Shown here one piece after another: positions 1-8,200 of a stretch of DNA of 24,000 nt. Positions within the stretch are counted from its first letter, which is position 1. Every line of letters begins with the position of its first letter. This stretch comes from an uncultured delta proteobacterium (GTDB taxonomy: Bacteria > Desulfobacterota > Desulfobacteria > Desulfobacterales > JAFDCJ01), in NCBI GenBank assembly GCA_963769935.1, contig CAVYNY010000010.1:567890-591889 (forward strand), given 5' to 3'. The notes under the pieces were generated by a model, which was given only the letters and a program-made list of their open reading frames with translations, ran no database searches and was not told the origin of the DNA. Both the position numbers and the translations under genes were made by a program.

Positions 1-223
1 TCTTCAACAGGTACAAATCAATCCTGTGGACCACAGAGGTGAATACCAGCTCCGGCTCACTCTCTGCCAGCATTCTGATCCGTAAAAGCGATGATTCGCC
101 CTCAAACAGCGGCGGGCCTCCTCCTGACGGATCTGCCACACCCTGACCGGAATCGCCAGCAGCCTTTGCCGCAATTCCCTGGGTTTCCGTGGATATGGTT
201 GGTGACCTCTGAGTATCTCCCAT
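1..223 (-). CDS. Intron-encoded reverse transcriptase/maturase, N-terminal 74 codons (partial, continues beyond position 1)
   Basis: Own translation of the minus frame from ATG 223..221 (RBS-like GGAAGGA 4 nt upstream): MGDTQRSPTISTETQGIAAKAAGDSGQGVADPSGGGPPLFEGESSLLRIRMLAESEPELVFTSVVHRIDLYLLK. The end resembles the ..LVFTSLAHHIDLDLLREA.. motif recalled from bacterial group II intron RTs. It is absent from the ORF track because it is open at the window edge. Confidence 0.5.
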   Translation of the reverse strand, partial: MGDTQRSPTISTETQGIAAKAAGDSGQGVADPSGGGPPLFEGESSLLRIRMLAESEPELVFTSVVHRIDLYLLK

Positions 224-908
224 AGTTCCTTCCAGAGAAACGTTATACCCGGCTTCTCCTTCCCTGCAGTGGGTCGCTTGGGCCTCACTTCCCCACCTTA
301 CCGGTCCAGCATTTACGTTCCTGACCATCGGTACTATGATCCGCTAAGACTTCCAGAAAGTCCATCTCGGGTTTGTTCGCTTTTCGCTATCCTCCCCCGA
401 TACCTTGTATTGCTCCTTTGCTTTCGTCTCGCTGGTCAGGTTAGAGCGCCCCTTCACAGCGCCTGGATTCTCGCCTCGTTGCGCTGGCCGGCACCCTCCA
501 ACCGGTTATTGTACACAAGGAAAACATCTGGATCTCCCGAGTTCCCAAGTTACCCCTATGAGCACATGCCCTGGTCTCAGACCCCGGTGGTGTCCCGAAT
601 GCTTGCCATAGCGCATGTGGGACTGCTGCCTTCCGGCCAGATGAACGCCGTCGGCTTTCTCTCATACAAGCGGAACTTATCCCAAGGTCCACAACTATAC
701 ATTTTTCGGGGCTCAATACACAGCCTGCATCCTTGATCCATCCGGCTTCGGACTCCCGTCTCCGGGTTGGCCCGCGGATTCACTACTGACCTGGTGGCTA
801 ACCTTTAGTCAGGTGGGACTTGAACCTAGGTGATCCTCACCCACTGGGTAACAATATCGAATTTCACCTCCTTGGAAGGTTCCCAACGATTCGGGCTTAG
901 CTGGGCAC
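1..908 (-). mobile_element. Group II intron, 5' part (ribozyme domains before and including the start of the intron ORF); the element runs off the left edge
   Basis: Minus strand 908->224 is about 685 nt with stops in every frame; the track shows only short overlapping ORFs there. An ORF starts at 223 and its product matches the N-terminus of group II intron RT/maturases. The minus-strand sequence at 908 reads GUGCCCAGCUAAGCCC, close to the GUGYG 5' consensus. That is also where similarity of the flanking exported-protein ORF stops. Domains V/VI lie outside the window and cannot be checked. Confidence 0.55.
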
Positions 909-1165
909 GACCACTCCTTTGTCAGGTGAATCGGCAGAACAGGCTGGAAGTTCATCACATCCTGCTCGCGGGTCTTGTCCGTCGCTTCCCCCTGCAAGTA
1001 GTAGCGGTTGAACTGAAAGTTCAGTGCCCAGATGTCCGCTACCGGGTTGTTGAGCTGCTTGGCCACATCGGCCATGGACTTGTGATCCGGCGCGGCGGGT
1101 TCGCCCGTCTGGGCACCTGCGCCGCCGGGCAGGCAAAAAACAATACACAGAAAACTAAAAGCCAT
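909..1165 (-). CDS. Exported, probably outer-membrane, protein: N-terminal part / 5' exon interrupted by the group II intron
   Basis: ORF 809..1165 gives MAFSFLCIVFCLPGGAGA|QTGE..., which is signal-peptide like. It continues AKQLNNPVADIWALNFQFN...NFQPVLPIHLTKEW. This resembles the N-terminus of a proteobacterial outer-membrane 'transporter' family (AK.L.NP...L...PFQNN...QPV.P..L...WNLI.R). Similarity ends after KEW at about 909, and the remaining 33 codons are read-through into intron RNA. An upstream out-of-frame ATG (1176) with a better RBS and a 6-A run (1135-1140) suggest an additional frameshift. Confidence 0.5.
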
Positions 1166-1383
1166 CGAATTTTCATAATTTATTCCCTTTCATGGTCTAT
1201 CGGAGCTAAAACCGCATTGCCTGTTTTAAACTCGGCTGGCCTTATTCCTCCTGACAGTCGGGTATGAGGAGCAGCTGAGGGTCGAGCGGCTGAACAGCCG
1301 CCGATCGCGCTGTCCGCCCCAACCTGTGTGCTGTCCATAAAGGCCGCTCTCCGACAAGCTTAACAGTAGATCGGAACGCAAAA

Positions 1384-2923
1384 TCACGGTTGAAGTTCGA
1401 TTTCTCCCGGCCGCCAGGTCTTGTCGAACCACGGCTCAAGCGGGCCGTACAGGCGCAGGATCATGAACCAGCCTTTGCCGGGAATCGTCTGCACCCAGTT
1501 GTTTTCCTTTCCTGCCGGAGCTTTGGGGCCGAAATAGACATCGACCGAGCCGTCCTTGTTGACGAGCAGATCCTTGTTCTGGCTGCTGACGCTGGGGAAC
1601 TGCTGATCGGTTTGGACCATCGAGCGCGTCTGGTTGTCATAGACGATGACCGACCAGAAGTCTTTGACCGGAATGTTTGGCGGCAGGTGCAGCTTATAGT
1701 TGTTTCCGCCCTCAAACGGGTTGCCGTCCGCGTCCTGTGCGCGACCAGGGATACTGCGAACCTTTGCCGACCATTTTCTCCGCCATGGCCGGCGTCACGC
1801 CGGTGGCGAAATAGTAAAAGAAATGGCCCCGTCCAGATTGGCCACGCCGGTGCAGCTCTCGAACTTGTAGCCGCCGAAGAAGGGCAGACGCCAAGGGCTG
1901 TCTGGATAGAAGAAGGCGTCTTTGTCACGAATCCTGAAGGCGATCGCTCGCGCGGTCACGCTGCCAATCTTCGCGGCGTCCGTCAGGATCTTCTTCATCC
2001 GATCATCGGGATTGAAGGGCTTGCCCTTCTCGATGCCGATCGAGGCAAACAGACCCAGCGTGGTGGGGTCGCTTCCCTCGCTTGGCTCTTCCTGAATGGC
2101 TTCGTTCAGGAGACTCCAGAAGGTGTAGTCGCTGGGCGGGACAAAGGTCGAGGGAATGCCCGGAGGCATTGACGAACTTCATCTCGGGAGGATTGGCCGC
2201 ATCGGAGAGCTGATAGATCTTCAGATGTTTCTTGACCGCCTCGACGCCGGGCTTGGTCGAGCCATCGACGAGAAAGGAGCGAAAGGGCATCCAGTTGCCA
2301 TAGGTGCTCGGCCGCACGACGAAATAGCCCTCGGGCACTTCGCCTTTGTAGCCCGGAGGCAGGATCAGATACTTGCCGCCTTTGCCATGGTCTGCACCTG
2401 TAATACCGATGTCGGCAACCCATTGATACCAGAAGTCATCGATGAGACCCAGAACCATGGGTGGAACCTCTACGACCAGCGGCCCCTTTTTCGTGTCAAG
2501 CCAAATGAAGCTATATATGGTGTTGTCGTTCGCCGTCAGTTCCACGGTTTTCGAATCCACAAGGTCTTCCCAGATCACATCTGTCTGGTTTACCGGTCCG
2601 AACTCGCGGAGCGTGGCGCGCATGCCGACCTGGTTGACTATCGGGATGGCAAGCAGGTAGGCCTGCAGCGCTCGCGAGGCATCCAGGTTGTCGTAGACTT
2701 TCTGCGTGGTCGCGTCATCGGGATAGCCGTAGTTCAGGTTCAGGGTGCCGATGGATGTTTCGACCTTGTCAGGTACCGCTATGCCCTGCGGTAAGGAAGT
2801 TGAATACTTGTACTCCGGTGCCGCCGGCGCACCTGAGAGCTGCGGTACGGTGCCGGCACATGAGGCGACCGTGATCAAGGCAGCCAATGCTGTGCAGATC
2901 GATAGTTGGTTGCGTGTTGTCAT
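1384..2923 (-). pseudogene. DUF1254/DUF1214-family lipoprotein gene disrupted by at least 3 frameshifts
   Basis: Four consecutive minus-strand ORF pieces in different frames join into one protein. Piece 1 (2923->~2165): MTTRNQLSICTALAALITVASC (lipobox) ...PEMKFVNASG. Piece 2 (~2160->~1840): IPSTFVPPSDYTFWSLLNEAIQEEP...GGYKFE. Piece 3 (~1850->~1735): RGHFFYYFATGVTPAMAEKMVGKGSQY. Piece 4 (~1745->1384): DADGNPFEGGNNYKLHLPPNIPVKDFWSVIVYDNQTRSMVQTDQ...GWFMILRLYGPLEPWFDKTWRPGEIE, a DUF1214-type C-terminus. A strong RBS AAGGAGG precedes 2923. Confidence 0.75.
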
Positions 2924-3167
2924 TCGTCTTTCCTCCTTTTACTGTAAGCGGTTCACTGAAATCAACTAATCCATCCGGCTTTTGGTAACAAAATCCTCCG
3001 AAGCCGTCCGCATTGAACCGATCTGCCGAACCCGCCGCTGCTCCGACCTCGGTATTGATTTCCCACACCTAATCCGGACAAGCCGGAATTGAAAATTGAA
3101 GATTTGTGCACAAAATGCACGAATTTAACTTCTAAGATCTATTCGCGGGTTTGGATTCTGGCCTGTT

Positions 3168-3470
3168 CTATGGTTTCCACGCCGGTCGAGTGCGCGATTT
3201 GTCGAAACGGATCTCCGGGGGTTCGGCGGCCATCTCGACCACCAGAAGAACTTTGCGGTATTTCTCGGATCGCAGATGACACTGCACGTCCTCGTCACTC
3301 ATCCAGAGTTCCTCGAGCAGGATAGCGCGCCCATCCTCCACACCCCCATAAAGCCAGCGGCCGATACAACCCGGCTCGAATTGGGTCTGCTCGGTCGTCG
3401 AACCCAGAATTTCCAAGGCCTCGCTCTGCTTTTCAAGTGGTATGAGCATCCTGATGGTGGATCGTACCAT
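3168..3470 (-). CDS. Small ABM/Dabb-fold protein (antibiotic-biosynthesis-monooxygenase-like), 100 aa
   Basis: Intact ORF. The pattern ...FEPGCIGRWLYGGVEDGRAILLEELWMSDEDVQCHLRSEKYRKVL...EPPEIRF matches the ABM signature recalled from YgiN-like proteins (epGC..y.ly.d.ed.n.f.l.E.W.s.e.l..Hl.s..f). It lies downstream of the predicted sigma-54 promoter at 3627-3645. Confidence 0.6.
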   Translation of the reverse strand: MVRSTIRMLIPLEKQSEALEILGSTTEQTQFEPGCIGRWLYGGVEDGRAILLEELWMSDEDVQCHLRSEKYRKVLLVVEMAAEPPEIRFDKSRTRPAWKP

Positions 3471-3626
3471 TCTCGTCCCTTTAAGAGTCTTCAGGTCGAC
3501 GGTTTGTAAACCGTCCGCCGGGGATCCGAACCCGTCCGGAGGTTCACAGAAATTATTGATACTATCTGATGAAACAGCGCAGGCATCTCTGTAGATCTAT
3601 AAAATTTTCCTGCTTCCCAACTATGT

Positions 3627-3645
3627 GAGCGAAATCTATGCCAGA
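3627..3645 (-). promoter_or_regulatory. Predicted sigma-54 (-24/-12) promoter P2
   Basis: Minus strand reads CTGGCATAGATTTCGCTC. GG (3642-3641) and GC (3630-3629) have the canonical spacing of YTGGCACGrNNNTTGCW. The -12 region ATTTCGCT is identical to that of P1 at 19987-20005. The site is about 155 nt upstream of the ABM-like start. Confidence 0.55.
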
Positions 3646-3741
3646 TGGATGAGAACAGGCTGCCTGTCGGATAAGACCCTTTATATATTAGATTTTTGCT
3701 AATTGGCGCCGGGTGAACGCAAGGGGAATAAAATCGGCTTT

Positions 3742-3777
3742 CTGCCGATATTTCGGCACACTGCTCTTATTTCGGCA
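3742..3777. promoter_or_regulatory. Predicted enhancer (UAS): palindrome TGCCGA-N4-TCGGCA plus an extra direct half-site
   Basis: TGCCGATATTTCGGCA at 3742-3757 is identical to 20102-20117. It sits exactly 100 bp upstream of the -24 GG of P2. TATTTCGGCA is repeated at 3748-3757 and 3768-3777, 20 bp apart. Confidence 0.5.
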
Positions 3778-4036
3778 TGCTTTTAAGGCCCTCACAAAAA
3801 TTTTTGAACTCTCAATCGGGAATTTGCCTTCTCCCGCGAAGCGACAGGATGCTATCAAATGCTTCCATCCAAGATCCTTCATAGCAGGGCTCCTTTAAAA
3901 CTAAAATGAGACGTTCAAACTAAGACGGGGCGTTCGTGCGAGCTTTTACAAATCGATAATCGCTGGTACTTCAAAATGCATCATCCGTCAAAAAATCTTA
4001 AATTCCCGGTCGAGGCAGGGCGCATTCGTATGGCCC

Positions 4037-4820
4037 TCAGGGCTGCAGGCCGACATTCGCGAGAGCGGTCCGGGCTGCTTCGGCGCTCAGCCGCTCGACG
4101 TGGGGCCTGACCTGCCGGATCACCTCCGGACTGAGAAACCGAAGATCGCTTTTCCAGGGAAAATCCGGCAAGGATGATTGGCTGCAGGGCGCCTGCGCGT
4201 AGCTTGCCAGGGTCGCCGGCCGAGTCTGGAAAATCGCGACAACGATGTTGGCATAGGGAGTTGCCGTGTTTTGGAAGGGCGAAAAAAATTGGGAGAGTCC
4301 CGAAAGAGCCTTGGTCCGGGTGTAGATTCCATAGCCTTTGGTGGCCACCGGATCATTAGCGATCTTAAAGCAGGCAACCTGCGGCCACCGGCCGGAGTCG
4401 TAGCTGCTTACGGAGATGATCAGATCCAGGCGGTTTTCTTCGGCGGTTTGGTTTATAAAGGCCTTGAGATCATCCCCCATCCACCCCGTAACGGCGTTGA
4501 GGATACTGTTTGACATCGACTGCTTCCAGTCTTGCGGGGCATTGCCCGCGATGGGGATAAACGTATAGCTGCCGCGGGCCCGCAAGTCACTTTCGATTGT
4601 CCGGGTGAGGTAACCCGGAATGTTCCAATCCACATTGTAATCTTTGGTAAAGCTGTCGAAGCGCAGCGATCCAACATCCACGTGGGTCATATCAGTCTCC
4701 AGCAGATTGAGGATGCCGATTCGGGCTTCCGGCGGCAACTGCAGCCGTACCGGTTGCGAACCCGCGCAACCCAGTTACGCTCATCATAATCAGAAACAAA
4801 GCAGGACGAAAGATGTGCAT
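4037..4820 (-). pseudogene. Hypothetical lipoprotein with a 1-nt frameshift inside the signal peptide (or an N-terminally truncated cytoplasmic version starting at TTG 4738)
   Basis: ATG at 4820 has a strong RBS (AAAGGAG, 9-nt spacer) and encodes MHIFRPALFLIMMSVTG... The main 233-aa ORF frame, read upstream of its TTG start, gives *LGCAGSQPVRLQLPPEARIG. Removing one A in GTAACTG (about 4774-4777) yields MHIFRPALFLIMMSVLGCAGSQ..., a textbook lipobox. The body has no family I can recognise. Confidence 0.55.
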
Positions 4821-4897
4821 GTGACAGGGCTCCTTTATTTTAGCAGCTAATTGACTGATTTTACGAAAAATGCCTGCTTAATTGTAATGGAAATTAT

Positions 4898-5116
4898 GAA
4901 AATCCCAAGCACCAAAAACCAAATCCCAAACAAATATCAATGATTCAAATTCAAAATTCCAAACAATTGAACCGTCCACAGTTGTGCCAACGGCATCATC
5001 ACCGGCAGACGAGGGGTTGAGAAGCGATGCGATACAACTATTTTGAATGTTTGGGTTATTGAATATTCAAAAATTTGCTATTTATTTGTAATTTGGTGCT
5101 TGAGATTTGGGATTTT
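4898..5116. repeat. Heptamer-periodic inverted-repeat element (about 219 nt) with a GC-richer unique core
   Basis: The left arm 4901-4963 is built of 7-mers: aatccca agcacca aaaacca aatccca aacaaat atcaatg attcaaa ttcaaaa ttccaaa. The right arm 5041-5116 is its imperfect reverse complement (tttggtgcttgagatttgggatttt versus aaaatcccaagcaccaaa). The core 4967-5040 contains the stem AGTTGT...ACAACT. A related module, ccaaaaaccaaat, recurs at 10839-10851. Confidence 0.5.
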
Positions 5117-5283
5117 ATTTTCTCACATCTTCTGGTCAAACTGGCTTAGAAGGCACTTTGGCGTGACCCTGGTGCATGTGATGACTCCTAACGAATCACT
5201 AATAGCTTCGACCTAAATTGAGCAATTAAATTGAGAAGATTGCTACAATCGCATGTGCAGGCAGGGACGTCCTCTGAGCTTTC

Positions 5284-8200
5284 CTAGCTTTTCAATTCGT
5301 TTGCCAATTTCAGGATGCCATCCACGTCAAAATCTTCAGACAGTTGAATGATTTTGTCACAAAAAGGTATCAGAACATTGTCTTCAGACTTCAATTCTTC
5401 GGCGATGGCCGCGGCTTGCATCACATCCCCCATTTCAGCCGCCGCTTTGATGCGATCGGCCGCTTTCTGAGCCAGATTATGCGGTACAACCAGCGTCCCG
5501 CCGCCGATCCTCTCGTTGGTTTTCTTTTCAGCCGTGGGCGCTATGATTTTAACCGCGTCCAGAGCCTGCTCGAGCGCACTTTCCAGTTCTGTTAATTTCC
5601 GGTTCAATTCCTTCTCGGAGGCAGACTTCGCAGTCTGCCCCTTAACAAGTTTTTCCATTGCCACGGCCGCCGCCTGAAGGTCGACGGCGGCCAGATTCCC
5701 GGCCAGCCCCTTCAGGTTGTGGATTAGGCTGTGGGTATGATTAAAATCATTGGCCGCCAAGGCTTCCCGAATTTCGGCGGCGGCGCTGCCGTAGTTGGCG
5801 CCGAAATCAAGCAGCAGCTTGCGGTAAAGGTGTTTGTTGCCCATCAGGCGCGCCAGACCGGCTGCCAGATCGAAGCCCGGCAATGATTCCGGCAGATGAT
5901 CTTCATCCGGCTCCGCCTGAACAGCTCCCGCGGATGCATCACTTGCCGGCGGCCCTACTGAGGCGGTTAAACTTTTTTGAACCACGATTCGCCCCGAAAC
6001 CGGCTTGATCCACTTTTGCAGGGCAGCAAACAGCTGGTCCGGATCAATCGGCTTGGTTACGTGATCGTTCATTCCGGCTGCAAGACTCTTTTGTTCGTCA
6101 CCGGACATGGCATGCGCCGTCATGGCGATAATTGGAAGGCCAAAGGCTAAAGGTGAAAGGCTAAAGGTTTCATCGCGGTATTCTGTCTTGTTTCCGCTAT
6201 CTCCGACTCGCTGTCCTATGTCCTCTGTCTTCTGACCTATGTCTTCTGCTTGCCGCGCCATAGCCCGGAGGGCGACGGCGGGTCCTCTGTCTTCCGCATT
6301 TACACTATGCGCTATGCTCTTTGCGCTAGGCTTTAAATTTTCAGCTTCCCACATCCGGATTTGCCTTGTGGCCGTGTATCCATCCATCACCGGCATCTGA
6401 ACATCCATGAGGACGGCCTCGAATTCCGCTGACTTTACCAGATCGACGGCTTCCTGGCCGTTATTGGCGATGGTGACTGTCAGCCCCGCCCCTTCCAGGA
6501 TCTCTTTGGCCACCTGCTGGTTGATTTCATTATCTTCCACCAGAAGCACCCGGGCTCCATAAATAGCCTTTAGCTGCCCGGCACTCGGTTCATTTGGCCG
6601 GCCGGCCGGAGATATGTCGTGAAGCTCTTTTCCCAGGGCCTGCATGACGGCATCGAACAGCATCGATGAGCTCACCGGCTTGATCAGAAAACCATCCAAT
6701 CCGATTTGATCGGCCTGCCGCATAATGTCTTCCCGACCGTAGGCCGTCACCAGGACGATGGCTGGGATTTTACTCAATTGTTTATGGGTCTTGATGCGCC
6801 CGGCGGCTTCGATGCCGTCCATGCCCGGCATCTTCCAGTCCATGATGACAAGCTCAAACGGTTTATCCCGGTCCACCCGTTCGATTTCCGCCAGGGCCGC
6901 TTGTCCGGAGGCTGCCAGAAAAACTTCGAATGAAAAAGATTCCAGAATTTCCTGCAGAATTTGGCGGGACGTGGCATTGTCATCCACCACCAGCACCTTC
7001 AAGCCTCGGATATCGGGCGACGGCACAAAACGCTTTTTGACCGCATCTTTTCCCAGACCGAAGACGGCCGTAAAATTAAAGGTCGTGCCTTTCCCGGACG
7101 CGCTTTCCACCCAGATCTCGCCGCCCATCAGATTGACCAGGCGCTTGCTGATGGTCAGCCCCAACCCGGTACCGCCGTACTTGCGCGTAGTCGAAGTGTC
7201 GGCCTGGGAGAAGGCCTGGAACAGCTTGGCCTGCTGTTCCGCCGTCATGCCGATGCCCGTATCCCGCACCGAAAACTGAAGGGTAACTTTATCCTCCGAC
7301 CTCATTTTTATCCGGGTGGTCAGCACAATCTCGCCTTGCTCGGTGAATTTTACCGCATTGTTTCCCAGGTTGACCAGGATTTGATTGAGTCTTAACGGAT
7401 CTCCGACCAGGAAGTTGGGCACCCGCGAATCGAGGTAGAACAAAACTTCCAGATTCTTTTTTTCCTGCGCTTTGATGGTGATCACATTGGCGACGTTATC
7501 CACGGTCTCCGATAGATCGAACTCCACGACTTCCATTTCCAGCTTGCCGGCTTCGATTTTTGAGAAATCCAAAATGTCGTTGATGATCCCCAGCAGAGAA
7601 TTGGCCGAAGATTGAATTTTGTTCAAATAATCCTGCTGCTTGGGCGTCAGCTCGGTTTTCAGCGCCAGGTGGGCCATACCGATTACGGCATTCATCGGGG
7701 TGCGGATCTCATGGCTCATGTTGGCCAGAAAATCGCTTTTGGCCCTGGTGGCGGCTTCGGCCTTAACCTTTTCTTCGTCGAGCTTCTCCATTATGTTAAG
7801 CATGGCCGATTGGGCCTCATCCAGTTCTTTAATGCGTTCATGCAGATCGTTCTCCATTTGTTTGCGCTCGGTAATATCCAGAAATGAGGCCAGGACATCA
7901 AGGACATCACCCTTTTCATCGCGCGTGCAGGCAACGGTTATATTGGTATATACGATTGCGCCGTCCTTGCGGATAAAGCGCTTGTCAAGGGTGTAGTTGT
8001 CGATTTGACCGGTCAGCATCCGTTCGAACTGTTTTACATCGGCAGTGAGATCGTCGGGATGGGTAAGCTCGGCCCAAGTCATCTGGCGCAGCTCATCCAG
8101 CGTATAGCCAAACATTCGCTGCAATTGATCATTGGCCTCCACCCATCCTTTGACCGGCGAGGTGATCGCCATTCCGGTCTGGCTATGCTCAAAATAACTG

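Noticed and set aside
4-736. Track ORFs 4..288(-), 269..736(+), 405..611(+), 441..716(-) and 577..783(-) as candidate genes
   Set aside because: They overlap one another in several frames, have no recognisable protein features and are low-complexity and Arg/Pro-rich. They cover what looks like structured intron RNA. The real coding frame at the left edge is the unlisted open-ended frame starting at 223.
792-840. tRNA-like T-arm signature on the minus strand (GGTTCAAGTCCC, with an upstream CCACCAG-like string), suggesting a tRNA or tmRNA 3' end
   Set aside because: The putative T-stem halves do not pair (ctagg / cccac). No acceptor, D or anticodon arms can be drawn. The segment lies inside the stop-rich region better explained as group II intron domain I.
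3688-3882. 64-aa ORF (MKDLGWKHLIASCRF...) with an AAAGGAG-like RBS
   Set aside because: It has no recognisable features and overlaps the predicted enhancer palindrome and half-site repeats (3742-3777). It shares a 13-nt RBS-region match (cagggctccttta, 3885-3897 versus 4825-4837) with the lipoprotein gene. By rough estimate, several chance 13-mer matches are expected in 24 kb. It is kept only as a very weak possibility.
5262-5276. Palindrome GGACGTCC just after the 1770-aa kinase stop as a terminator
   Set aside because: It is a loop-less 8-bp palindrome, cannot form a stable hairpin, and no U-tract follows on the minus strand.
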